64,000 nt of DNA from positions 13,702,001 to 13,766,000 of the forward strand of contig CM060734.1 in the NCBI GenBank assembly GCA_030704615.1. The letters run 5' to 3'. A program made the position numbers and the translations under genes. The stretch comes from Takakia lepidozioides. Taxonomy: Eukaryota > Plantae > Bryophyta. Of the stretch, positions 12,342 to 25,250 are shown piece by piece. Each line of letters begins with the position of its first letter. Position 1 is the stretch's first letter. The notes under the pieces are model-generated. The model worked only from the letters and a program-made list of their open reading frames with translations. It searched no databases and was not told the origin of the DNA.

Positions 12342-13790
12342 TGTGAGGCATGATTCCGGCCCTAGGGGATTATTCCCCTTCCTCTACCGGTACTGATATG
12401 AAACAGGGAATGTAGTTGGCAAAACGGGCCTGCCTAAGAGGACGGAATCTATACAAGAGGATTCAACGAAGTTTCACATTCATCACACTTCACACACTTG
12501 TCAAGTACACAATCCAGCACCACACTCCTACACTGTTGAGATCAAATCCACTACCGGCTCCAGGCCCAAGTGAGTTGTTTAAATAGATGCCAAAGCTTAA
12601 TCAGGAATGACAGGTGTCACCTTTTAGCTGGCCATTCATATTACAAGCCTGTCATCCATAGATCACTGCTACTTAGGATAACCTCCTTATCAGAAAGTGA
12701 CACTTAGAATAAAACAAGAGCCTTAATTATAAATAGGTTCATCCAACGCAACTTCATCCCTTTCCACCTACCAACTGTCCATCCGTTGAAGGGGAATAAA
12801 AGCAGGGTATGAATCCTGGCTCCACATATGTGAGACATGTCGGCCCCTCCAGATCAGCAAACTCCTGCGAGCTAGAAGGTTTGAAATTTCAAATGGTACC
12901 AACGGTCACTAAAACAAAACCTATAGAAAGCTATGGCATCCGATGCACAAGGGATGAAAAAACCATGTGGGGAAAACTTTGCTCTGCAATTTGAGCAAAG
13001 GACAAAACCCCACTATGGACAAATCCCAGGTGCGTACAATATAATGCAGACACCTAGCACGAAAAAATCTAACAACTCTAAGCTATGACTCATAAGAAGA
13101 AGCTGCCTGCAGTTGAGAGTGAGCAGCCCAAGTGGGTGTGAGAATCAACTGTCTATTCTCGATATTCAAACAAGTCAGATCGAAGGTTAGAGTGCATGGA
13201 ACTAACAACGAAACATGAACAGTGGCCCGCAACGGAAGAGTGGAATCATGATGAGGCAACAAAGAGTATTTGACGTCCAAGAAAAATATCAGAGATCAAA
13301 TAAAGACCATCAATGCGTCTCTTGGCCTTAGAGACTTGCTTACCAGGCTGCAGTCTAACGCAAACAGATTGGCCTACCTTAAAGGATTCTGAGTACAAAA
13401 CTCACCGATTGTAAATCTTAGCCTAGGAAGCATGAGCCAACACAATGTTAGATTTGGCAGTTTCCCGCAAGCGACGACGTTTGGAATCCAAGTTCATCAA
13501 GAACTGGTCCCAATCCTCAAGGTCAGTAACAAAGACATGCAGGGAGTTGATATGTAATGGAGTACGGCACTTACGACCATACAACAATTTGAAAGGTGAA
13601 AGCTTGGTACTAGCATGCTCAGAAGTTCTATAGGCAAACAACATGGTAGGAATAGCAATGTCTCATTCGTCAATTAGAGTCCCATTCTTCTCAAGCATTT
13701 GACACATTGTCTTGTTAAAATGCTCGGTCAAGCCATTGCATTGTGGAATATAAGGTGCAGGTGACAACGCGTTTGGTGTTCAAATTCAAT
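12342..13790 (-). mobile_element. 3' remnant of a Ty3/Gypsy element: degraded integrase, PPT and probable LTR (12342-12837)
   Basis: Minus strand reads NGLTEHFNKTM..MLFAYRTSEHASTKLSPFKLLYGRKCRTP (integrase core). A purine tract ggagggg at 12844-12850 precedes a TGT...ACA-bounded ~500-bp segment. No second LTR is available to confirm it. Confidence 0.6.
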
Positions 13791-14290
13791 CACACGACTT
13801 CCATAAGCTGGTTACAGAATTCAGTACCTTGATCCGTGAGGATTTCGAGAGGGCAACCATGTCGGAGAATTACCTCATCAAAAAAAAATTGTATCACTTC
13901 ATCACTGTCCTTACACTAGAAGCATTCGTGTCATTTACCACTGGGAAACGACTCATTTTCAATTGTAAAAGTGAAAAAACCGGGATCGAATGGAAGTTAC
14001 AAACGACTAGTTACAACAGAATGGCAGGTGGTTCGGACGTCCAATGATTGGAGTGGTAACAGACGCAGACGCGTCAACGACTGCTCAGCGATTATTGCGA
14101 TTATTGCTGAGTCGCCACGTGGCGTAACCAGGCCAGCCATCCGTGTGTCTGACCTTTTGGGCTGACTTTCACTTTTTCCTCCGCATGAGTGGAATGACTC
14201 ACCGGACCGCGGTGACACATGGACGCCGACGTGGCGGCGCCGCGACGAGCAGCATTACTGCCACGTGGCCACGGGCCCGGGACGTCACGT

Positions 14291-15110
14291 CAGGGGGTCG
14301 GGACACAAGAGGGGCTGCCCCTGTGGTGGGGGCAGTGGCAACAATAGGTACGGGGGCTGAAGCACCCTTGAGTGCCCAAGGCACTCAAGGAGGCGGAGGC
14401 GCTCACTAGGTGGAGCCCCGCACAGCGGGTTGCGGTGGGGGTGGTTCCACGAGGGGTGGTGGTAGCTTAGTGGGTCTTAGTGGGGGTGGCATAGGACTCA
14501 CCATGGGGCGGAGACCTTGTGGTGGGAGTCGTGGGGAATCTTGGGACTCATCACGGTCCATTGGGGCCGTGGTGGGTGGGCCAAGACTCACCGCAACTCA
14601 TCACCGGGAGTCAAGGGTCTTCGTGGTGGTTCGTCATAAAAGGACGGTGTTGTTTGTGAAACCCCCGCGGACAGTCACAGAAGTATATATAGGGAGTAGT
14701 AACCTCGAGAACGGTGCAAGTCCGTTGGTGACAAAAAACTAGTGAGTAAGCGTGCGAGCCGGAAAGCGACCAAGGTGTGGGGAGCTGTTCCGGACTGCCA
14801 ACAACCAAAGGGAATTTTCACTAGGCCCAAAGTGAGCGAGGGTCTTGTGGAGGAGCAAAGGGGGACCGTTATGTCCCCGTGGGCAGCCGAAGCTCCGAGT
14901 TGGCCCGGCGGCCAGTTTGGGAGTTAGGCGCACGCATCAAAGCGAGTAACTATGTCGTGAAAGGGAGCTTACTGAAGTGAGGTGCCCGATACTTGGTATC
15001 AAAGCTTAGAGTTCAATACGCGATTGTCCTTGAGATCGGCCTTATTATGGGGTCGGGCAAGACAAAACGAAAACGGAACGGCCCGAAAGATGATGATCCT
15101 GGTGAGCCCG
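14291..15110 (+). mobile_element. 5' LTR + tRNA-iMet PBS + start of gag of the same chromovirus family as 55274-62610; truncated
   Basis: 14291-14991 aligns with the reverse complement of the LTRs at 55274-55998 and 61885-62610. TGGTATCAAAGC lies at 14994-15005 and is followed by KRKRNGPKDDDPGEP. Confidence 0.9.
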
Positions 15111-15119
15111 GTATATGAA

Positions 15120-15370
15120 CCAGCATGCAATCTGTTTTGTCATTCCCAAGACACTTGCTTGAATACATGTCTTGAATCTATATGAACAAACCCCACCCTC
15201 CCACCCTGTTTTACCATGAATGATTGGGTAATGTCAATTGAGAAGCCATGACAAGACTGGAGGTGTTAGATGGTGCCCTGTTTTGGGTTGTTTGTGTCTT
15301 TAATTGACAATAACCCTAGTAGGGTCTTGTCCATGTCTTGACATAACATGAGTATATTCCCTCTCTCTCC
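15120..15370 (+). mobile_element. Diverged PLE-unit fragment in opposite orientation (tail-to-tail with 15440-15710)
   Basis: gtcttgtccatgtcttgacataacatg..ttccctctctct is the reverse complement of 15441-15485, and the similarity extends ~250 bp. Confidence 0.7.
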
Positions 15371-17477
15371 CTCTCTTTTGTGCTGCTCACAAAAAAAAAC
15401 AAAATAGACAGGGAGAGAGGGGGCAGAAAAAGTTAAAAAGAGAGAGGGAAGATATACATGTTATGTCAAGACATGGACAAGACCGCTAAGGTCATTGTCA
15501 TTGAAAGACAAAACAGCCCTTTACAGGGCACCATCTATCATTCTCTTTCATGTTTACAATCTCATTTGAATACCCAATTACATTTCAGGGTCTCTGACAA
15601 AACAGGGCGGGAGGGTGGGATTCCAGGCCATTCATATCATGAAAGCACCATAGTACACATCATCATCTCAAGAATCCATTTTAAACTCATTTCAAAAACC
15701 AGATTGCAGGTTTGGTTTGAAGATGATGTTTTAGAACCAAGATATAAGCAAGATTCTTAAAAAGGAAGAAGAAACAACAGTGTAGAGCCCCCTTAAGCAG
15801 GTATAGGCCTAGAATGGTATTTTAAGGCCACATAAAGTAGTTCTGCCAAGGTGAAAGAGCAGCTCAGAAACCCCAGTTTGTTATCAAGCCATGAAACCAA
15901 AATGATATGAGGGCCTTGAAGAATGTGTGTTATCTATCAAAGCCTATCATTTTGATCCATCAGAGTCATACCAAGAGTTCTCATTTCAAAGCCAAGTATC
16001 AAGGCAGTCAAAGTAATAACTGCTATTTTGTATCCTTGTATCCTTCATAGCTAAACTCCTACACATGCAAATGTGGTTGTAAAAAACCGTAAACAGGGGT
16101 AAGAAGAGAAGCAGATCCTCATTGGAGCAATCTTGGAGCAGGTCTGAAGCGGCATGGTGGCAGTTTGAAACAGCAGATGGCATCAGCAGCTTAGGCAACA
16201 GCATTATCCACACTTGCAAGAACAGGAACTGCAAGCTTCAAGAAATCAAGACAAGTGAAGACCCTCACCTGTGCCCGTCCCAAAAACCACCACATAGCGA
16301 TGTGTGTTAGTGAGGATGTAGCAGGTAAGTGGCAAGTCTTCACAGTTGCTATCCATGTCAGTGTTGAATTCTAAAGCAAGTACAGATCACAATTCAAGCA
16401 ATGGTAAACTCAAAAAACCTGGAGTGTTTGTGGTATGCCCTGCGCCATGGCGTCCAACAGATTGTCTCCAACAGAACGCAATCAGAGTAGAAGCGTTCAC
16501 AGCTAGAGAGTGGCTCATACACGAAGAGAGAGCAACAAGTAATCTGTAGATAAATAGGGATAGAGTACTTCCCAACAATGAGTAAAAGCGCCGCTGCAAA
16601 ATAAAGAACCATGAGTTCCTGATCAGAGCAATCACGGCTTTGTCGTCTGCCATAGAAGAATCTGTTTAACCACCACTGCGCATCCCAAGAGCCAGCAATC
16701 ACGAGTACCATGTAGCAGCAGGGGAGCAGGTTTATACGGTGCATCATCAAGGTTCACTGAAGCACGAGTTCAGTGCTTGAAGTGTGTCGGCCTGCTTAGG
16801 GCAAAACTTCCCGATTTTTCATCCAGGATGGATGAAATATCACATTTTACCAAGATAGGCATTTTGTCACTGGATGACATCCCATAGAAATGTATCTTTT
16901 AGGGTTATGGTATAGGTTTAGGTTTAATAACTGCCATCATTTATGATGGTAGTTTTATTATTCTCTTGGATTTTATAATAGGTAACCATTATTTATGTAG
17001 ATCATCCAGTTTAGATGAAAAAAATAGATGGTAACTCTAGCTTTCTGTATATTAAGTTTCATCATCCAATAAAATAAAAATCATCCAGATTTGGATGAAA
17101 AAGGTAGGGATGAAAAACTAAATAACCTCAAAAGGTTAAGGCCAGATGAAATCCAAAGATTTATAAAGGGAGAGGGAGAGAGGGAGAGAGAGGGACCCAC
17201 CAGCCAATCCCCTGGCATGGCAGAACCTTACGGAGTAAGTGTGGTATGCACTCACCCCGTAAGGGAGTGCATACCAGACCTCTTCTCATAAGGTTTTCCC
17301 TCTTCCATGTAGTTCTATCCTCAGATAATATTTATCCAAAGGAGTAGAATCCTACATCCTCACTTCCTCGGATCAAGAATGAAATGATGGCATAAAATGT
17401 ATCATAGCAACACTGGTATAGTATCACTTAGAAAAGAACGTAGAGTTCAATGGTATAACATAGCTCTGTATAGGTTT

Positions 17478-18075
17478 TTAGAAAGTACCTTTCAGTTTCT
17501 CAATAAGCTCTTGTACAGGGAAGAGCAGGTCAGGGAATGAACCACGTTCAAGGAATTTTGTCAAAATACGAGCAAGTTTTCTGGTCTTGAAACCATTCCT
17601 CCCAAGAGTGTTAATCAGAATGCTACACTCCTTCCCAGCCAGATCAGCATTGCTGGAAATGTATAGAATAGGCACAGCTTGTGAAATCACAATGTTGTAA
17701 GATTGATTCACAGGCCTATTGGATAAGAACTGGATATATTGAGTGTAAGAGAAAGGAAGTAGTCTTCTCTTGTCATATTTCTGGAAATGGAACTCACATG
17801 TGTCACAGTTTGAGACTGTAATCTGGATATTCATGAAACAAGCTTCCAACCCCACGTATTGGGAATCGTTTTTAGTGCGTAGTAGCTCAGGTTTGATCTC
17901 CACTACATTGAGTGGGTAGATCCACCAAGGGTTGTTGCTGCTTCTGTCTGCCCGTAGGTCCAGGAATAGCATTGCATCACCCACATTTAGCCAGCATATA
18001 TCATCAATGTATCTGAAGGCAGATTTAAACATAGGCATAAGCTGGAATTGTCCTAAAGCTGCAAGCCTCAAAGCA
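17478..18075 (-). pseudogene. PLE reverse transcriptase, C-terminal half (YIDD, thumb); no C-terminal endonuclease
   Basis: FRYIDDICWLN...KYDKRRLLPF..FLSNRPVNQSYNIVISQ..LGRNGF resembles the Naiad/Chlamys YDKR..SNIP..Y.V.ISQ..GY pattern. Confidence 0.85.
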
Positions 18076-18122
18076 GCTCTGAATACTATCAGTCTGCTGC
18101 TGTTTTCCGTGATTTTTGCTTT

Positions 18123-19370
18123 ATGCAAGACCTGATTCACTCACCAGATTGTCTATGTGACAGTGCCAAGAGGTTTCATGATTTTCGGGATGCGGATACA
18201 AAAACAGAATTCCATCTATCTGGTTCTACACCTACGCAACACGTACGTACCATGGACCTAAATATTATTAGACACGCAAGGCTGAAAGAACTATTCAGCC
18301 TAGGTATGAATCACATCCCTCTCAAACGTACTTTGCTGAAAGACGTTGTTGAACAAGTGTCTCTGGCTTTCCATAGAACCTGTGAAATTTTACATATAGA
18401 CCCATGTGAATCTTGGGCAGCATCCTGCAGCCAATGGGTAAAAAACACATGCTGGGATAGATTGAAACAAAAAGCCGGCAGAGGAAGGTACGACTTCACT
18501 CACCATGAGCGCAATCCTCTTACTGTAAAAGAGGCAAAAGATGAACTTTCATGGCTTCTCAATCACCTGTATTTTTCTGGTCTTGACAAGGCTAACAACA
18601 ACGTATGTGTGTGAAGCACATAAGAACTCAAGCCTTCCACAGATTGATGGGTAAAGACTTTACACCATGCAAGCAAGCTGAGGTATGGCTGCCACCTGAC
18701 CTTCTTCTAGGAAACATTTCCGTGGAAATACAGAGTTTGATTCCGGAGATACCTGCTCCCTCCTGTAGATTACCTTACATTATGGGAATCTACAAGCTAC
18801 ATAAGAAAAAATACAGATGGATTACCAATGCCCATAAATGTGTTTTCAGTGAACTTGCTAGCCTTCTTACAAGGGCTACCATGGATCTTCTACCATTGGT
18901 AAAAGAATGGGCCAAGACAAGGCTGGATACTTATGAGCAATTTTTCAAAGTATCTACTGCTATGTATTGGATTATTGATTCCATCACTGACTTTACACTA
19001 AACTTGCCTGAAAAAGTCCATAACATCTTTATTGCTGACATTACACAATGCTATGAGAACATACCTTTGACAGGACAGGAGAACTTAGGGGACGCCATTG
19101 AATACGTGGTGAAGACCAGCAACACCATCGGTCTCACCCCCGAGCACGTCATACTCTATGGATTCCAGCCAAAAACGGTACTTTCGGAAAAAGTAGATGG
19201 GGCACGTCTTCCCCAAAATCAGGTACCTGGATTGAACTTTCTGAAGTCAACTACTTATGCTCCACAAATGGCTTATGTCACACTGTTTTGTCGCCTTAGG
19301 GGACCGTGTATGGCAGCAGATTTCTGGAATACCTACGGGTTTTTCATGCTCACCATTATGGTGCAACATG
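18123..19370 (+). pseudogene. PLE reverse transcriptase, N-terminal half (inverted, frameshifted)
   Basis: CLC..HVRTMDLNII, DKANNN, LPYIMGIYKLHKKKYRWI, YWIIDS, IADITQCYENIP, QQISGIPTGFSCSPLWCN. Confidence 0.85.
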
Positions 19371-19371
19371 T

Positions 19372-19935
19372 GTGTACGGATGAACGACACAACAGTCTTC
19401 GCTCGCTTGACAAGTTGTTTCACCCACTGTTCTTTTCCCCAATCTTCCAAAAAGAATTCAAGGATATGAGCATCACAATCTTGATAGTACATATAGGGAT
19501 AACGTGCCAACAACATGTCTACAATGTTTCTCATGTTAGCGACATTGTCTGTGCATATTTGCACGATTCTATCACTTCCGACCTGTTCGATGAAGTCTGT
19601 CAATAGTTGATATTGATAACGTCCATCTTTCTTCTCGCTGCTAGTGTTAACCGATCCCAAGAATTGTTCCCCAGCTGGACATACGAGCATGACATTGAAC
19701 AACGGTCTGTTTGTAACAGAACTCCAACCATCGGCATATTTTCTGATGCACTCGCCCGTCCTATCGTTGACCTTTTGGGTAAGCTCGGTCATGGCGTCTT
19801 CTAGCAATCCTGTTCGGAGATTGTGATAAGTCGGAGGCACGTACGTGGATCTGGACTCCGAGGTTGCTCTAACGACAGAATCAAATGCCGGAAGCCTTGC
19901 CACATTAAATGGTATGTTGGCCTCGAAGAAAAACT
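19372..19935 (-). mobile_element. hAT-family transposase fragment (DUF659-type)
   Basis: FFEANIPFNVA..PPTYHNLR..DGWS..RPLFNVM..FLGSVNTS..IVQICTDN..C.AHILE.FLED. Confidence 0.85.
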
Positions 19936-20680
19936 GTTAGGTGTCTATGGAGCCCGGACTGGAAGCGGACCAGCCCATCAGAGAAGAATGTAACCGCTGA
20001 ACCTTCGGGGGCTGATCTTTACGGACACATGAAGGTGACAAGAAGTAGACAGGCTGGTGGTTTCAAGAAGCTAGGGATTCGTGAAGAAAAGCAGGCAGAA
20101 TGCGATAGGAAAAATGATGGTTGTAGCGCGGCCTTATGGAGCAGGCCTGAATTGAGGAGAATGACAGATGATTTGAAGAAAGGGCCTGAGATCTAAATAT
20201 GATATGTGATATATGCATAGAGGAGATGAGAACATAGCATGGTGTGGCGGTTGGGTGGACCGGAGGAGTAATCCGGTACTGTGTTGTCAGGAATAGATAA
20301 GGTAGAGATGAGCGGTAGGATTTCTTGCTGACTGAAATCAGAACGTGATGCCTTCTCTACCTAGAATGTATAGGCTGTGAATAGAGTAGTCAGGTTTATA
20401 CTGAGCTTGAACTGACTGGAATCCCTATGATAGTGAGCAGAGGAGTGCGTTGATTTTTCCCTGTTGAATATAATCAAGGGGACCGCTCCTTCCTTTGAAC
20501 TTTTGGAATGAGATCAATTGCATGTGGCTTCATGTTATAGAACTGAGAACTGGTTGGATGGAACTGGTGCTGTCGTTGAGAACTGGGCAGAATGTGCAGA
20601 AGTGCTACGGTTGAAATAAAGACAGAGCAGTGATAAAAATTACGCCCATTTTTTATCCAACTGTCTTTTCGCAAACAAGT

Positions 20681-20780
20681 TGTCGTGCGCATACGTATCG
20701 CTATACAACTACATCGCTGTCCAAAACCACACCACACATATATGCAGAATAAAGTAGTCTGCCACAATCGCCCCCTCGAG
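20681..20780 (-). mobile_element. Inverted PPT + 86-bp LTR of the DNMT-Gypsy family
   Basis: Minus strand reads gagggggcgat|TGTGGCAGACT...tggttttggacagcgatgtagttgtatagcgata..gcacgaCA (20766->20681), homologous to the PPT/LTR at 28926-29112. Confidence 0.8.
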
Positions 20781-23700
20781 GAGCAGCACGAGTTCCTGAG
20801 CCACGAGGTGCAGATGTGGAGTTGGATCCACATGGTCATGCAAGTGAGGGAAGAGAGGAGAGGAAGAGTGTTGGGATGAGGGCATGCTGGGGTTAGGCAT
20901 TGCCTAAGCTTCTCTTCCTCGTAGTTTCCACCCTCTCATTAGGCCAAGATCTTTCCGTAGGTGGAGGCAAGAGTCAGTCCGGGTTTGGGCTGGGGTGTCC
21001 TTGCAGGAGCAACACCGTGGAGTTGTTTTTGGTGTGGGGGAGTTGTCGTTCTGATTTCTTGTGTTTGGATCCCCTCCATACCTGCATGCTTGACCGTGCG
21101 CCATGCTAGTTTTGTGTGGGCGCTTGTTTTTATAGGTGATTGGTCCGGATTTGATCACCGGCCAGTCCTAGAGCATGCTGTCGATGGTGAGGCTGGGGTG
21201 ATGACCAGCCAGACCATCATTGTTTCTCCTGTGGTGAGGTTGGAGGTGATGACCAGCCAACCATAGGAGTGTTTGCGGTGGATGCAGGTAGAGGTGTAGG
21301 CTATGTTAGGAGCTTAGTATTCCAAACCATAAGCCGCAACAGGTTCTCTACCCGGTTACCTTGTGGAGAAGGGGTTAGGGACATGTTCATGACCGGTTGA
21401 GTGTCAACACGGAGGTGCCACTAGTTGCTGGGGACAGTGCCGGTTCGAGCACTAGCAATACTAGTGGGTACATGAGACGAGGTGTGCAGTTTAGGCCACC
21501 TTCACCTCCTGTGTCTTCTACGGAAGGTTCTGATTCGGATTGTGAATCAGGAGGACTCATACCGGCGGTGCAAGTTGTTTCTTTGCCATTGTTGTGGGAC
21601 ACAATGGAGGAGATGTATGGAGCTACCAAGGGGCCACGAAGGTACTCTGGGGCGGTGGGCACCATCGAGTTGGATGATTTTATCCAAGAGTTTGATAGTT
21701 GGTGTGATTTGCAGCAAATGCGCAATCCACAACTATTTACGCCTTTCATGGCATGGAAGGGGTTGTTTCAGCACCTTGAGGGGCCGCCTATGGATGATTA
21801 CCATGAGTTCAGGCGGGGGCATGAGGTTGAGATCGAGGAGTGAAGGATGTACTGGTCACCCGACTATGTCTCCATCACTAGGGGCACTAGAGCCACGAGG
21901 GCAGTGGCTACACCTGCCGCTGCACCGGCAGCTTCAGCAAGTAGCAGTGGGACTAGTGGGACTGGTGGTACAGTAGCTACGACGTCTACCCAAGCCACTA
22001 CCGCACGAGCACTAGTACCTGTGCCTGTTTTCAACCCTGTTGTGGAGTTCTTCGAAGAGTTGAGAGGGAACTACCAAGGGGTGATGACAGAGAAGTTGCG
22101 GAGTTTGCAAGAGTTCCAACGGAAGCCGACCGAGAGCTTGAGGGAGGCTTTCACTCGCATGAGGCGCTTGATAAATATAACCCAAGGGGTTACGGAAGCT
22201 CAGGCAGTCCAATTCTGGTATGGGATATTGGACAAGGAGCTGAGGAGAAGGGTGCGGGATGCAACTCTCCTACAAGCGGCCCAACCCACCTTAGCAAATG
22301 TGTTTTTGCTGGTAGAGCAGATAGAGCTCAACATGGTGGAGGAACGAGTGGTCATGGTGGGATTTGCTAAGGAGACGCCACGGGGTAGTGGTGCTCCTAG
22401 CCAACCACTACCTCAATGTGCTCAAGGCAACAATGGGGCTCAGGTTAAGCTCAGGGAAGGGCAGAGAGGACCTCAGATGCAGGGGTCTCTCCCTTCATTT
22501 GCTGGCCAACAACGGGCGGATGTGGTATGCTGGACATGTGGAGGACCCCATGTCAAGAAGGATTGCCTAGAGGGAGGCAAAGGGTCGGCACATGCACAGC
22601 CTGCACAGTTGCAGTGTGGGCATTGTGGCAAGCACGGGCATGGAGAGGCCCAGTGTTATGGTTTGCATCCTGAGTTGCGCCCAGGCCAGTTCCAAGGGAA
22701 CAATGGTGGCCGGGGGCGAGGTGGAGCAGCCCAGAGAGGACGAGGTGGCCCGCCACGAGGTGCAGGCCAAGGGCAAGCTCAACATGGCCAAGGACGCAGA
22801 GGTCAGGGTGTTGACCAAGGCATGGCCAACCGGCTTCAGCAGCTAGAGCAGAGGCTCGTTGCCATGGCTACAGCTCAGGTGGTACCGGCTCTAAGGCCGG
22901 ATGGTCCACCTCCTGCTCCTGAGGGAGGAGATATGGGAGGCATGGGATTCATGTGTGGAGCAGCACTACCACTAGTGCAGGTGGAGTCTGCTGCAGCCGT
23001 GACTCGAGGAGCAGCACGAGTTCCTGAGCCACGAGGTGTAGAGGTGGAGTTGGATCCACAACATGGGGAGGCAAGCCGTCAGGCTAGGCTTCCTCAGTCA
23101 TTCACATTGGCGGAGACAGTGTCGACGCCATCCATGGTACCTAGTTCTCGCCCGACTGTTACCGAGGCGGAGGTTACTATGCCATTGAGAAGAGCTACAC
23201 GGGTAGCACCACTACCTAGTGTTGCCAAGGCTACGGCAGCTAGTGTGCTGCTAGGAGCGGCCACATTTGTGTGCTAGGCTCCATTGTTCTCGGCTACCAT
23301 GATTGCGACGCCGGGGGTAAGACCAGCTGAGGTGTTCAGGCTGGCAGCTACACTCTGTGAGAGTGGGGAGGTTACTTCATCTTCTGCGGAGATAGTGGGA
23401 GGTGTAGTGCCGGAAGGATCCTCAGATTTGAGGGTCAAGACTGCCACAACGGTGCCATGGCAAGTTGCATCTGCCAGCTAGGCCAGCCATTGAGCGCGCC
23501 ATGGTGACACCTGGAGTTGTCATGTTAGACAACCAGGATGACATTTTCTGTTTGAGTGGACCGGCAGGCAAGAGGTACCAGCCACTGCGGGTCTTGTTGG
23601 ACTCGGGAGCTCAGCCATTGATGCTGGGCAGAACTGCTATTGCAGGCTTGGGCCTCACGGAGGCGGATATGGAGCCTTGTCCTTTCCAGATACAGACGTC

Positions 23701-24313
23701 TCTGGGAGGATCGGAGCAGGCTCGGGGCATGACACGGCGTGAGTTGGCTATCAGACTACGGCCGGATCACCCTACAGATGGCTCAGTGATGCGAGCCAAG
23801 GCCATTGTGACAGACGCGGTCTCATACGATGTCCTGGTTGGTGGGGCAGTGTTGTACCCCATGGGGTTCACCCTGGATTTTTGGGAGGAGTCAGCTTCCT
23901 AAAGGCCTGCATGGCAGTCAGGGGAGGGCCGGCGTGTGCAGCTCCCTGTGACGTTCATAGGAGGAGTTGCGGTTGCCCAGCGAGGCAAGATGCCGACACT
24001 AGCAACATTCACAGCGGCAGTGAGTTGGCCTAGAGAGTTGTTTGAGGGCAACGCTCATTCAGAGGATGTACCACCTCCGGGAGAGTAGGATGACATGTAT
24101 GGTATGGCGGAGTTGCCTACCATGGTTGCTTAGACTCCATTGTGGGGCACGAGCAAGGATTTGCAGCGGAATGCTGATCGACGGGTGCAACAAGCCTGGG
24201 TGGAGGCTTTTGTACCGTCAGGAGAGGAGGAGAGTGCGGGGATTGCACCAGGACCACCTCAGTTGTCTCCATTGGACACCACACCTATTGTGTGGTAGTA
24301 TCCGAATGAAGGC

Positions 24314-25250
24314 ATTTGTCTTCTGGACTTGTTTGGCGGGATCAGCATCGGATTGGCTGCTGTGTTATAGGCAGGTGTACGAGTTTGGCGTTACCTGTAT
24401 GTGGAGAGGGATGAGACTGCACGATGCGTTTCACTTTGCCATGTTGTTGGTGCAGCGGTACCCTGAGTTGTTGTCGGTGTCTACAATTTGTGGATATCAG
24501 GAGGCCTTGTCAGCAGACATTTCGTTGTTGGGGGCGCAGGATTTGGAGCGGGTTGGCTCCATTGATCTGGTAGTGGCAGGTTGGCCCTGCCAAGGGCATT
24601 CATCAGCCGGGCATGGCAATGGATTGCGAGACTCGAGGTCGGGTCTGTTTTGGGAGATGGTGCGGGTTTTGCTCCACTTGCAGCTTCATCAAGCTGTATC
24701 TCCAGCATACATCTTGGAGACTGTGCCACTGATGGGCGATTCTTGGGTCAGGATGATGGCCAGTGTGCATCAAGTCCGGTCGTGGCTTGGGTCAGCAGTG
24801 TTGCTAGAAGCAGCTACAGTGGGGTCACGGGCTCATCGTCCACGGCTATGGTGGACTAACTTGATGCCACCCGCACTGCTCAAGCGTGCATTTGATGGGG
24901 TGCAGCGGCCAGCACATCTCACAATGGATAGCATTCTAGACACAGGGAGGCAGTCTCAGCGTGTGAGACATGATGACCGTTCGCCTTTGGCAGTGGTCAA
25001 CAAGGTGGGTCAACCACGAGTAGCATTACCTACACTGCTCAGCTTCCCAGGATAGCATGATTTCCAGGATAGTGGACCTGGCCTCCTGTGGGATGCTCAG
25101 TTGCAGCAGTTAGTGGAGCCTAATGCTAACGAGCGTGAGCGGGCAATGGGTTTTACCACTGGTACCACGGCGGTGTCGTCTCTTTCTGAGGCATCACGTC
25201 GTCAAGTGTTGGGGCAAGCAATGGATCTCAATTGCTTGACCTGGATTATC
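24314..25250 (+). pseudogene. C5 cytosine methyltransferase domain of element A
   Basis: Motif I LDLFGGIS, IV AGWPCQ, VI ETV (ENV in copy B), VIII AHRPRLWWTNL, IX ERERAMGF, X RRQVLGQAM. Confidence 0.9.

Larger units (their letters stand above)
15440..19370 (-). mobile_element. Penelope-like retroelement (Naiad/Chlamys-type RT) with inverted 5' part, followed by a tandem downstream unit
   Basis: The RT is split over both strands (see CDS pieces). 15440-17340 is homologous to 2510-5370. Confidence 0.8.

Noticed and set aside
11750-12346. 198-aa plus-strand ORF
   Set aside because: Antisense shadow of UBA5 exons 1-2.
24314-25250. Host DRM/DNMT3 gene or bacterial contamination
   Set aside because: It is intronless, in frame between retroviral-type protease and RT, and at the same position in two independent element copies.
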